DNA of 64,000 nucleotides, taken from contig CBDBOV010000003.1 in NCBI GenBank assembly GCA_965208575.1, positions 768,001 to 832,000 on the forward strand, given 5' to 3'. The stretch comes from Spirochaetia bacterium (lineage in GTDB: Bacteria; Spirochaetota; Spirochaetia; SZUA-6; Bin103). Below, one piece after another: positions 9,206 through 17,607 of this stretch. The translations under genes were made by a program, and so were the position numbers. A model generated the notes under the pieces. The model was not told where the DNA came from and did no database searches. It saw only the letters and a program-made list of their open reading frames with translations. The first letter of the stretch is position 1, and each line of letters starts with the position of its first letter.

Positions 9206-10528
9206 TCAACTCCACTCGACGGTCAGGTGCCTCAGTCCCCGAAACGTGAACGCCCGAAGGATATCGGGAACGCCGCCGTCCGCCAACCGCATGTGGGGCA
9301 GGCGCCGGGTCAATTCCTCCAGGATGATCCTCATCGCGAGTCGGGAAAGCGGCGCACCGAGGCAGAAGTGCGGGCCATGTCCGAACGACAGATGTTCACG
9401 CGCATTGTCACGGTCGATGACCATCCGCTCGCCGTCCGCGAACACGGTCTCGTCGCGATTGCCGGAGGCGCGCAGCAGCATGATCCTCGCGCCGCGCGCG
9501 ATGCGCCGACCGCCCACCTCCGTGTCGCGGGTCACCAGGCGCGGAGACACCAGCACGGGCGCGCACAAGCGCAGGATCTCTTCGACCGCGTTGGGGATGA
9601 GCGCGCGATCGGCACACAGCCGCTGCCACGGTACGCGTTCGTCGAGCAGCCTCCGGATGCCGCCGGCAAGGGTGTGGCTCACGTTGTCCACGGCCGAACT
9701 CTGCAGCAGGAACGCGATGTTGTGGAGATAGTTGTCCGTAAACAGCGACGGGTCCGTGCACCGGGCGCGGATCGCCGCGCCGAGGTAGTCGTCGCCCGGC
9801 CGCTCGATGGCGCGCGCCACCAGCCTGCCGGAGGAGGCCCACAACCGGACGACGGCGTTCATCAGCGACACTTGCGCGTCTTCGGACCACGCGCCCCACG
9901 TTTCGAGCCGGCGCATCCCTCCCGGCCAGGAGGCGAGGTCGGCATCGTCGTCCGCACCGAGCAGGCGCACCATCATCAGGTACGCCGCCGGTCTCAGAAG
10001 CTCGGCGAGAAGGTCCGCGCGACCGTCATCGACGAAGCGGTCGATCCGGTGGGTGACGATCGCGCGGATTTCCGGCTCCAGCGGCGCGACGCGGCGGGCG
10101 GAAAGGCCGTCGCCGAACAAACGCCGGTGGCGGCGGTGGGTCGGCGGATCCTCGTCCACCAGCGCCGGCTCCAGCCGCATGCCGGACGAATCGTAGAGTT
10201 CCCGCGCCCGCGGGCACAGCGACCGCGCCGCTACGGGCTCGCGGACGATGGCCGACGAGAAGGTTGCCGGATCCGTGAACACCGCGCGGATGTCGCGGTA
10301 TCGGGCAACCGCCCACCAGCCGACTTCGGGAACGTGCAGCACCGGCTCCTCGGCCCTCGCCCACGCGAAGAATCGGTAGGGGTCGGCGAAGTAGCCGGTC
10401 AGCAGCGATTCGCGCACGTTCCCGGCATGCGCGGCGATCATCTGCTCGAACCGCGTCGTTGCCGGTGCCGTTCCCTGTTCCGGCGGCCGCTCCTGCCGCG
10501 GCTCAGGGCCGTGTTGCCGGCGGTGCAC
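9206..10528 (-). CDS. Cytochrome P450 (CYP116-like heme domain, no fused reductase), copy A
   Basis: EEILR (ExxR) and HLSFGHGPHFCLG heme-Cys motif; start overlaps the stop of copy B by 1 nt. Confidence 0.93.
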   Translation of the reverse strand: MHRRQHGPEPRQERPPEQGTAPATTRFEQMIAAHAGNVRESLLTGYFADPYRFFAWARAEEPVLHVPEVGWWAVARYRDIRAVFTDPATFSSAIVREPVAARSLCPRARELYDSSGMRLEPALVDEDPPTHRRHRRLFGDGLSARRVAPLEPEIRAIVTHRIDRFVDDGRADLLAELLRPAAYLMMVRLLGADDDADLASWPGGMRRLETWGAWSEDAQVSLMNAVVRLWASSGRLVARAIERPGDDYLGAAIRARCTDPSLFTDNYLHNIAFLLQSSAVDNVSHTLAGGIRRLLDERVPWQRLCADRALIPNAVEEILRLCAPVLVSPRLVTRDTEVGGRRIARGARIMLLRASGNRDETVFADGERMVIDRDNAREHLSFGHGPHFCLGAPLSRLAMRIILEELTRRLPHMRLADGGVPDILRAFTFRGLRHLTVEWS

Positions 10529-11832
10529 TACCGGTGGGCGGCCCCGCTACCGCCGCCGGTGCCGGTCCACTCGACCGTGAGGTGCTTCAGCCCGCGGAAC
10601 GTGAACGTCCGGAAGATGTCGGCACCGCCGCCGCCGCCGTCCGCCAGCCGCAAGCCCGGCAGGCGGCGGGTCAACTCCTCCAGGATGATCTTCATCTCCA
10701 GCCGGGCAAGCGGCGCCCCGAGGCAGAAATGCGGGCCGTGCCCGAACGAGAGGTGATCGCGGGCGTTTTCGCGGTCAATGGCCATCCGTTCGCCGTCCGG
10801 GAACACCTCTTCGTCGCGATTGCCCGACGCGAGCAGCAGCAGAATCCGCGCACCGGCGGGAATGGGTCGGCCGCCCACCTCGGTGGCGCGGGTCGCGAGG
10901 CGCGGGAACGCCAGCAGCGGCGTGCCGAAACGCAGGATCTCTTCGACCGCGTTGGGGATGAGCCCCGGGTCGGCGCACAGCCGACGCCACGGCGTCCGGT
11001 CGTCGAGCATGGTCCTGATGCCGTGGGCAAGCGCATGGCTCTGGTTGTCGGCGCCGGCGGTCTGCAGCAGGAACGCGACGTTGTGGAGGTAGTTGTCCGT
11101 GAACAGCGACGGCTGTGCGCGCCGGGCGCGCACCGCGTCGCCGAGGTAGTTGTCGCCGGGATGCTCGATCGCGTTTCTCACCAGCCAGCCGCTGACGCAC
11201 CACAAGCGGGCGACCATGTGCATGTGGGAGATCTGCGCGGCCTCCGTCGGCGTTCCCCAGGTTTCCACGCGGGGCATCCCGCCCGGCCAGTCGGACAGGT
11301 CGAAGTGGTCGTCTTCCCCGCCGAGCAGGTGGAACGTCATCCGGCTCGCCGCGGGCTGCAGGAGCCGGGAGAGCAGGTCCGCGCGCCGGTCATCGGCGAA
11401 GCGGTCGATCTGGCTGGTGACGATGGCGCGGATCTTCGGCTCGAGCCGCGCCACGCGGCGTGCGGAGAGGCCCTCGCCGAACAAGCGGCGGTGGCGTCGG
11501 TGGGTCGCCGGCTCCTCGTCGGCGAGCGTCGGCTCCAGCCGCACGCCGGCCGACGCATGGATCTCGCTCGCCCGCGGGCACAGCGGGGTGATCGGCTGGC
11601 GGACAATGGATGACGAGAAGGTGACCGGATCCCTGAACACCGAGCGGATGTCGCGGTAACGGGCAACCGCCCACCAGCCGACTTCCGGAAGGTGCAGCAC
11701 CGGCGCCTCGGCCCTGGCCCAGGCGAAGAACCGGAACGGGTCGCCAAAGTAGCCGGCCAGCGGCGAATCGCGCTCCTGCGTGCCATGGGCCGCGATCAAC
11801 TCCTCGAACCTCGTTACGCCGCGTACTGTCAC
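10528..11832 (-). CDS. Cytochrome P450 (CYP116-like heme domain), copy B
   Basis: EEILR and HLSFGHGPHFCLG; colinear paralog of copy A; GTG 11832 follows a G-rich RBS (alternative start 11877). Confidence 0.93.
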   Translation of the reverse strand: MTVRGVTRFEELIAAHGTQERDSPLAGYFGDPFRFFAWARAEAPVLHLPEVGWWAVARYRDIRSVFRDPVTFSSSIVRQPITPLCPRASEIHASAGVRLEPTLADEEPATHRRHRRLFGEGLSARRVARLEPKIRAIVTSQIDRFADDRRADLLSRLLQPAASRMTFHLLGGEDDHFDLSDWPGGMPRVETWGTPTEAAQISHMHMVARLWCVSGWLVRNAIEHPGDNYLGDAVRARRAQPSLFTDNYLHNVAFLLQTAGADNQSHALAHGIRTMLDDRTPWRRLCADPGLIPNAVEEILRFGTPLLAFPRLATRATEVGGRPIPAGARILLLLASGNRDEEVFPDGERMAIDRENARDHLSFGHGPHFCLGAPLARLEMKIILEELTRRLPGLRLADGGGGGADIFRTFTFRGLKHLTVEWTGTGGGSGAAHR

Positions 11833-11917
11833 CGCGTTCCCCCCGTAAGCGTTCGACGCGCAGCGTTGCGCCGGCAACGCTGCGCATCAACCTGGTGCAC
11901 GCCGCCGCCGCCGTACG

Positions 11918-13033
11918 CTACCCGCGCCGCGCGTGGCCGGCGGCGGGAGTCTGTCTGCCGTACCACGAGCTGAGTGTCTCGAACGTGCGGTAACCGGCGG
12001 CCGGGTACGCCTTGGCTTCCAGCGCGGCGCCGGCGCCCCCGTCGTCCGCATCGAACGAAACCTTGACGTGATGGAGGCCGGTGAACACCCCGAACGTGTC
12101 CCGCCCGCGGAACACGAGTTCCCGTCCGGGCCAGACGGCCAGCGCGTCCAACTTCTCCGGCAGACACAGTCCCGCTGCGCACAGCCGGGCGAGGAAGGGG
12201 CGCCAGCCGGCGACACCGGCGTGCTGCAGCCTGCCCGGCTCGCCCTGGAACAGTTCGAGTCCGACGCGGGGTACGACGCCGGCCGCGGTTACGCCGACCG
12301 CCAGCCGGAGCGAGCGAAACGACCCCTCGAACGCGGCCAGGAAGGCGGCGACTTTGCCGCCCGGTCCCCGCCACCGCAGCCCTTCCAGCAGCGGCAGCGC
12401 ACACGCCGGTTCCAGGGTGCGGCTGACGACCTTGAACGCTCGACCCGCGCGCCCCGGCATGATCCCGATGCAATCGACCATGCCGCCGGCCGCCGCCAGC
12501 CCGTCGAACGTCCGCTCCAGCGCTCCTCGCTCCGCGCCGGTCAAGCGCCAGCCGGCGGCGCCCGCGATCCACGCTCCCACGGTCTGCGCCGCCGGAAACC
12601 CGGCAGCGCCCTGGGCCGCCAGGTCGGATCGAATCCGTACGAACCGCCCATGGGGGCCACCCGGAGAGCCGGACGTGAGGTCGAACTCGATGCCCATGTC
12701 GTCGGCCCACGGTGCGCTCTCCTCGATCGCGGCCAGATGGTCGCCGAACCCGGCGGCGGGGGACCCCGCCGCCGCCCGCTCGCCTTGCCGCACGTAGTGC
12801 TCGGCGAGCCGACTCCCGCGCCGCACTGCCATGTAGAGGTCGGTTCCGGCCGCCGGGTCGCCGAGCCGCAGCTCGAAACCGAAGCCGGTGCCCGGGTCGA
12901 CCGGCAGTCCGCGGACCGCCTCGCGCAGGCGGAGCCAGCCGGCGCCGTCGATCAGCACCGGGGAAATCGCCCGCGAGAGGGCGTCGAGGACTGCGCCGAA
13001 CGCGGAGGCGGCATCGGCCGCCGGCAGGACCAT
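11918..13033 (-). CDS. Putative peptide/aromatic prenyltransferase-like protein, copy 1
   Basis: Shares colinear motifs with 13565..14554 (LIDxxGW, FGFExRL, EF/YD, PRxGLEL, CLPxK, GLHHVK, AKxY). The CDS is well supported; the function is inferred from context. Confidence 0.5.
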   Translation of the reverse strand: MVLPAADAASAFGAVLDALSRAISPVLIDGAGWLRLREAVRGLPVDPGTGFGFELRLGDPAAGTDLYMAVRRGSRLAEHYVRQGERAAAGSPAAGFGDHLAAIEESAPWADDMGIEFDLTSGSPGGPHGRFVRIRSDLAAQGAAGFPAAQTVGAWIAGAAGWRLTGAERGALERTFDGLAAAGGMVDCIGIMPGRAGRAFKVVSRTLEPACALPLLEGLRWRGPGGKVAAFLAAFEGSFRSLRLAVGVTAAGVVPRVGLELFQGEPGRLQHAGVAGWRPFLARLCAAGLCLPEKLDALAVWPGRELVFRGRDTFGVFTGLHHVKVSFDADDGGAGAALEAKAYPAAGYRTFETLSSWYGRQTPAAGHARRG

Positions 13034-13131
13034 CCGCCGCAGCGTCCGGTTCCGGTGAGCGGCGTGTCAACGGCCGCCGTCCGCAGGCGACGGCACGAAC
13101 ATCACGAAAGATCGACCTTTTCCCCGTATCA

Positions 13132-13159
13132 TTTACAACAGTACACAATATGTTATGGT
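13132..13159 (+). promoter_or_regulatory. Sigma70-like promoter in the AT-rich divergent intergenic region of the RiPP cluster
   Basis: TTTACA-16 nt-TATGGT with TG extended -10, inside an AT-rich patch (~13125-13180) between divergent operons. Confidence 0.45.
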
Positions 13160-13244
13160 ATTTTGACCATGTTGTTCGAGATCCGAGGTTTCCGTGCGAC
13201 GCCATCGCGGGGAATCAATCATGTCGACAACGAAGGAGACTTCG

Positions 13245-13517
13245 ATGAGTACGATCGAAACGACCAGCGGCGCGATGACCGCAACCGAGCTGCGCGATCA
13301 ACTGTTCGCGAGGGCAGCCGATGACGACGAGTTCCGCTCGCGGCTCCTGGCGGATCCGAGTGCCCTCCTGCGCGACGACTACGGCATCGTCCTGCCGGAG
13401 AACCTGAAGCTCCACGTCCACGAGGAAGACGCGACGACCGCTCACCTGGTGCTGCCGCGCTCCCAAAAGCTCACCGAAGAGGAACTCGCGTCCACCTCCG
13501 GTTCGTCGTATTACTGA
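13245..13517 (+). CDS. NHLP-leader (nitrile hydratase-like) RiPP precursor peptide, core SYY/SSYY
   Basis: RBS AAGGAG; ARAADDDEFRSRLLADP...LPENLKLHVHEEDATTAHLVLP is a typical NHLP leader; LTEEELASTSGS aligns with the LSDEELEAVAGG double-Gly consensus; 90 aa. Confidence 0.88.
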   Translation: MSTIETTSGAMTATELRDQLFARAADDDEFRSRLLADPSALLRDDYGIVLPENLKLHVHEEDATTAHLVLPRSQKLTEEELASTSGSSYY

Positions 13518-13564
13518 TCGCGTCGCTGGGACGCGGTGGCGCCGGATTCGCCGCTGTCCTGCGC

Positions 13565-14554
13565 TTGGCGCGTTCCACGCTGCCCGAGGCCCTTATCGAT
13601 GATCGTGGCTGGGAGCGGTTGGCGGCGCGCGCCGGGAAGCTTCCCGCGGAGGCCGCCGATGCCATGTTCGGGTTCGAGTGCCGGCTCGACAATGGCGAAG
13701 CCGCGGCTGACTTGCTGCTGTCGGTCCCGCCGGCCGAGCGTTTCGCCGATGCCCTGGTTCGAGACAGCGCTGCGGCCGGCTCCCGAACGACATCGCTCGC
13801 GCGTTTGCTGTGCGAATTGCGGCAGCCGCGGTCCCCGTTTGCGCCGGTCGTGGACTTGGTGGCGCTCGAGTATGACGTTGCCGGCGTGGAAGGCACTCAG
13901 GCGCCGGGTGTTTTCTTGCGCAGTACCGCGGCGAGCGGGTACGCGGACGCGCGCCTGCTGACCGCCGCCATCGCCCTGGCCGCGGGTTGGGACGAGGAAC
14001 CGTGCGAACGAGACGCGGTCGCCCGCGTGCTCGCCGCGCTGCCGGCCGGCGCCGCGGTACGCTGGGCGGGGGCGTTTCCGGACCGCGAGAAGCGCGCCGT
14101 GCGGCTGTTGATCCGCGCCTTGGGCGACCGTGCGGCGGCGTTCCTCGCCCGGATCGGTTGGACCGGCGATGCCCCGGCCATCGACCGGATACTGGCTCCG
14201 TTCCACGCCGTCGGAGTGGACAACTGGGTGCTCGCCCTCGACGTGGCGGCAGGACGCATAGCGCCCCGACTCGGGCTCGAACTGTCGCGGCCAGGGCGCG
14301 CCGCCGGGAGATGGAGGCAGGCGCTCGCGATGATGACCCGCAACCGCTGGTGCCTGCCCGGGAAAGCGGAGGCACTCGGCCGCACTACCCGCAGCGAACG
14401 GTTCTTCTCGCCCGCCGGCGTCTCCGAACTGCACTGCGGGCTCCATCACGTCAAGCTGGCCGTCGCGGGCGGCGAGCGCGGCGTCGGCACTTCCGGCGAC
14501 GGTGTAGCGGGAGCGAAGGGCTATGTGGCCTGCGTGCTGCGCCGGCTGTCGTGA
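13565..14554 (+). CDS. Putative peptide/aromatic prenyltransferase-like protein, copy 2
   Basis: Directly downstream of the precursor; paralog of 11918..13033 (FGFECRL, LEYDV, PRLGLEL, CLPGKAEAL, GLHHVKL, AKGY). Confidence 0.5.
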   Translation: MARSTLPEALIDDRGWERLAARAGKLPAEAADAMFGFECRLDNGEAAADLLLSVPPAERFADALVRDSAAAGSRTTSLARLLCELRQPRSPFAPVVDLVALEYDVAGVEGTQAPGVFLRSTAASGYADARLLTAAIALAAGWDEEPCERDAVARVLAALPAGAAVRWAGAFPDREKRAVRLLIRALGDRAAAFLARIGWTGDAPAIDRILAPFHAVGVDNWVLALDVAAGRIAPRLGLELSRPGRAAGRWRQALAMMTRNRWCLPGKAEALGRTTRSERFFSPAGVSELHCGLHHVKLAVAGGERGVGTSGDGVAGAKGYVACVLRRLS

Positions 14555-14569
14555 CCGCGGAAGCGTCTC

Positions 14570-15367
14570 GTGACCGGCCTGGGCAACAGCCCGTTTCGAG
14601 AGCGCGCCATCGTCCGCAATGCACAGCCGGAACCGCTCGACGACCGCGCCCAGGTAACCGCGCCTCGTGAGTGGGTGGTGCTCGCCTGCCTGGGACTGGC
14701 TCTTGCTGCGCTCGTCGCCTGGGGTGTCTTCGGCAGCGTGGAACGCACGCTGCGCACCGGCGGCGTGCTGGTCCTGTCCGGCGAACGGCGCACGCTCCTG
14801 TCGGGGGCCGCGGGAACGGTGACCGAGATACGGGCGCCGGTGGGGCGACGGGTGGCCGGCGGCCAGGCGATTGCCCGTATCGCCCTTGCCGAACACCCGG
14901 GGTCGGCGGTGGAGGAGACCATCGTCAGTCCCGGCAATGGCGTGGTAGCCACCCTGCTTGTCATGCCCGGACAGGCGGTTCCGGCCGGCGGCCCGGTCGC
15001 CGACGTCGTGTATGGCGCCGCCGGCCGGATGGATGCGGTGGCGTTCGTCTCGCCGCGCGAAGCGTGGCTGCTCGGCGCCGGCCTGAGCGCGCGCGTGGCG
15101 GTCGAGTCGCCGGCGGGCGTCCGCGTGCTGCCGGCCACGCTCACCGCGATCGCGCCGCGCGCCGCGAGTCCTCCGGGTTGGCTGACGCGGATGGTACCGG
15201 ACGCCCCGCTGCCGCGACGGGGTCATCTCCTCCGGGTCACGATCGCGAACACGCCGCGCGCCGGGCACTCGGACGATGCGCCGCGAGGTCTCGACGATGG
15301 CACGCCGTGCCGGATCGAGGTCGTGGTGGAACGCACGTCTCCGTTCAGTCTTCTGATCCGCAGGTAG
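14570..15367 (+). CDS. NHLP system secretion (HlyD-like/membrane fusion) protein, short form
   Basis: N-terminal FRERA...PEPLDD..QVTAPREW followed by a TM (WGVFGSV), lipoyl-like halves and C-terminal ERTSPFSLL; first gene of the NHLP export triad. Confidence 0.8.
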   Translation: MTGLGNSPFRERAIVRNAQPEPLDDRAQVTAPREWVVLACLGLALAALVAWGVFGSVERTLRTGGVLVLSGERRTLLSGAAGTVTEIRAPVGRRVAGGQAIARIALAEHPGSAVEETIVSPGNGVVATLLVMPGQAVPAGGPVADVVYGAAGRMDAVAFVSPREAWLLGAGLSARVAVESPAGVRVLPATLTAIAPRAASPPGWLTRMVPDAPLPRRGHLLRVTIANTPRAGHSDDAPRGLDDGTPCRIEVVVERTSPFSLLIRR

Positions 15368-15372
15368 GGACG

Positions 15373-17607
15373 ATGCCGAAGTTCACGCGCCGCGTACGCA
15401 CGCCGCTGGTGTTTCAGATGGAGGCGACCGAGTGCGGCGCCGCGTGCCTGGCCGCCGTGCTCCGCCATTTCGGACACTGGGTGTCGCTCGAGGAGATGCG
15501 CACAGCGTGCGACGTGGGCCGCGACGGCTGCTCCGCCGCCGACATCGTGCGCGCGGCGCGCCAGTACGGGCTGCAGGCGACCGGGTGGAGGCAGGACCTG
15601 GAGGATCTTCCCGGGCTGTCGCTGCCGGCCATCCTGTTCTGGGAGTTCCGGCACTTCGTGGTGCTGGAGGGGATCGGCCGGCGAGGCTACCATCTCAACG
15701 ATCCGAGCCGCGGCCGGCGCGTGGTGGATCGGGACGGTTTCGACCGTGGATTCACCGGAGTGGCCCTGGAACTGGAGCCGGGTGAGTCGTTTCGCCGCAC
15801 CGGGAGGCCGCCGGGCGTGCTGCGCCGACTGTGGCCCTGGGTCCGTGGACTCTGGCCGTCGCTCCTGTTCGCGGTCCTCGCCGGGCTGCTGCTCGCCGCG
15901 CCGGGGGCGGCGGCACCGGTCCTGCTGGCGCTGTTCGTCGACGACGTGCTCGCCGGCGGCCAGAGCCACTGGAGCGGTGCCCTGGTGGGCGCCATGGCCG
16001 CCGCCGCGGCGGTCGCCTACCTCCTCACCTGGCTGCGCGTGCGAGCGCTGCGGCGGCTGTCGGTCGCGGTCGCGGTCCGGCAGGCGGATCGCTTCGTGGG
16101 CCGTCTGCTGGGCCGGTCGGCGCGCTTCTTCGCACGGCGCATGGCAGGAGACCTGCTGTCGCGGATGCACTCCATCGAGCGGGTGGTCACCGTCGGCGTG
16201 CAGCAGTCGGTGGGCGTGACCGTCGAGTTGGCGATGAGCCTGGCGTTCCTGTCGCTGATGTTCGTCTACGATGCGGCGCTTGCCGCCTTCGTCGTGGTGG
16301 TCGCGGTGTCGTGCGCGGCCGCGGCGCGGCTCGCAAGCCGCTGGCGAACCGACGACAGCCATGCCCTGCGCCGCGAGCAGGGCCTGTGGACCGGCGTCGG
16401 TCTCGGGGGACTGCGCATCGTCGAGACCATTCAGGCGACCGCGTCCGAGGATGGCTTCTTCGCGCGCTGGAGCGGGCACCAGGCGCGCGAACTGAACGCC
16501 CGCCAGCGATTCGAGGAGCTCGGGCACGTCACCGAGGCGGTGCCGATCCTGTTTACCGCGCTCGGCGGGGCCGCGGTCCTGGCGATCGGTGGATGGTACG
16601 CGTTGGCGGCGGCGATGCCGCTCGGCAGCCTGATCGCATTCTACGTGCTGGCGTGGAACTTCCTGCAGCCGGTGGGGCGCTTCGTGCGGTTTGCCGAACT
16701 GGTGCGCACGCTGGACGCGGAGCTGGCGCGGCTGGAGGAGGTGCTCGATCCGCAGAACGCGGATTTCGATCCGCCGAACACGGAGTCTGGCCCGCGGAAC
16801 GCGGGGAGCGCCGCGCCGGATGCGCGGCACGCGGCTGAACCGCCCGCCGCGCCGGGTATCGTGAGCGTCGGCGGGCGGCTGCGGCTGCGCGGCCGGCTCG
16901 AGATGCGTGACGTGACGTTCGGGTTTCAGCGCTATCGTCCGCCGCTGATCGACCGATTCAACCTCACGATCGAGCCCGGCCAGCGCGTTGCCATCGTCGG
17001 GCCGAGCGGATCGGGCAAGTCGACCCTGTCGCTGCTGGCGGCAGGGATCTACCGGCCCTGGTCGGGCCGGATACTGTTCGACGGAATGAGTCGCGGGGAG
17101 ATTCCGCCCGACGTGCTCAACGACTCGATTTCCGTCGTGACCCAGGACACGGCGTTGATCGCCGGCTCTGTGCGCGACAATCTCACGCTGTGGGACCCGA
17201 ACGTCCCCGACCCGTTGGTGATCGGCGCCGCCCGCGATGCGGTGATCCACGACGACATCATCGCCCGGTCCCGTGGTTACGACGCCGAGGTCGAGGAACG
17301 CGGGCGCAATTTCAGCGGCGGCCAGCGCCAGCGGCTGGAAATTGCTCGCGCGCTGGTCACGGGCCCTGCGCTGCTGATTCTCGACGAGGCCACGGCGGCG
17401 CTCGACGCGGTCACCGAGGTCCGGATCGATGACGCACTGCGCCGCCGCGGCTGCTCGTGCCTGATCGTCGCCCACCGCCTGAGCACGATCCGCGACTGCG
17501 ACCGCATCATCGTGCTCGACGGCGGGCGGGCGGTGCAGGACGGCGTGCATGACGATCTGATCGCCGCCCAAGGCGGTCTCTACCGGGAACTCGTCCATGC
17601 CTCCTGA
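15373..17607 (+). CDS. NHLP ABC transporter with C39 peptidase domain
   Basis: VRTPLVFQMEATECGAACL (catalytic Cys), FRHFVV (His), LNDP (Asp); Walker A GPSGSGKST, FSGGQRQRLEIARAL, LDEAT. Confidence 0.93.
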   Translation: MPKFTRRVRTPLVFQMEATECGAACLAAVLRHFGHWVSLEEMRTACDVGRDGCSAADIVRAARQYGLQATGWRQDLEDLPGLSLPAILFWEFRHFVVLEGIGRRGYHLNDPSRGRRVVDRDGFDRGFTGVALELEPGESFRRTGRPPGVLRRLWPWVRGLWPSLLFAVLAGLLLAAPGAAAPVLLALFVDDVLAGGQSHWSGALVGAMAAAAAVAYLLTWLRVRALRRLSVAVAVRQADRFVGRLLGRSARFFARRMAGDLLSRMHSIERVVTVGVQQSVGVTVELAMSLAFLSLMFVYDAALAAFVVVVAVSCAAAARLASRWRTDDSHALRREQGLWTGVGLGGLRIVETIQATASEDGFFARWSGHQARELNARQRFEELGHVTEAVPILFTALGGAAVLAIGGWYALAAAMPLGSLIAFYVLAWNFLQPVGRFVRFAELVRTLDAELARLEEVLDPQNADFDPPNTESGPRNAGSAAPDARHAAEPPAAPGIVSVGGRLRLRGRLEMRDVTFGFQRYRPPLIDRFNLTIEPGQRVAIVGPSGSGKSTLSLLAAGIYRPWSGRILFDGMSRGEIPPDVLNDSISVVTQDTALIAGSVRDNLTLWDPNVPDPLVIGAARDAVIHDDIIARSRGYDAEVEERGRNFSGGQRQRLEIARALVTGPALLILDEATAALDAVTEVRIDDALRRRGCSCLIVAHRLSTIRDCDRIIVLDGGRAVQDGVHDDLIAAQGGLYRELVHAS

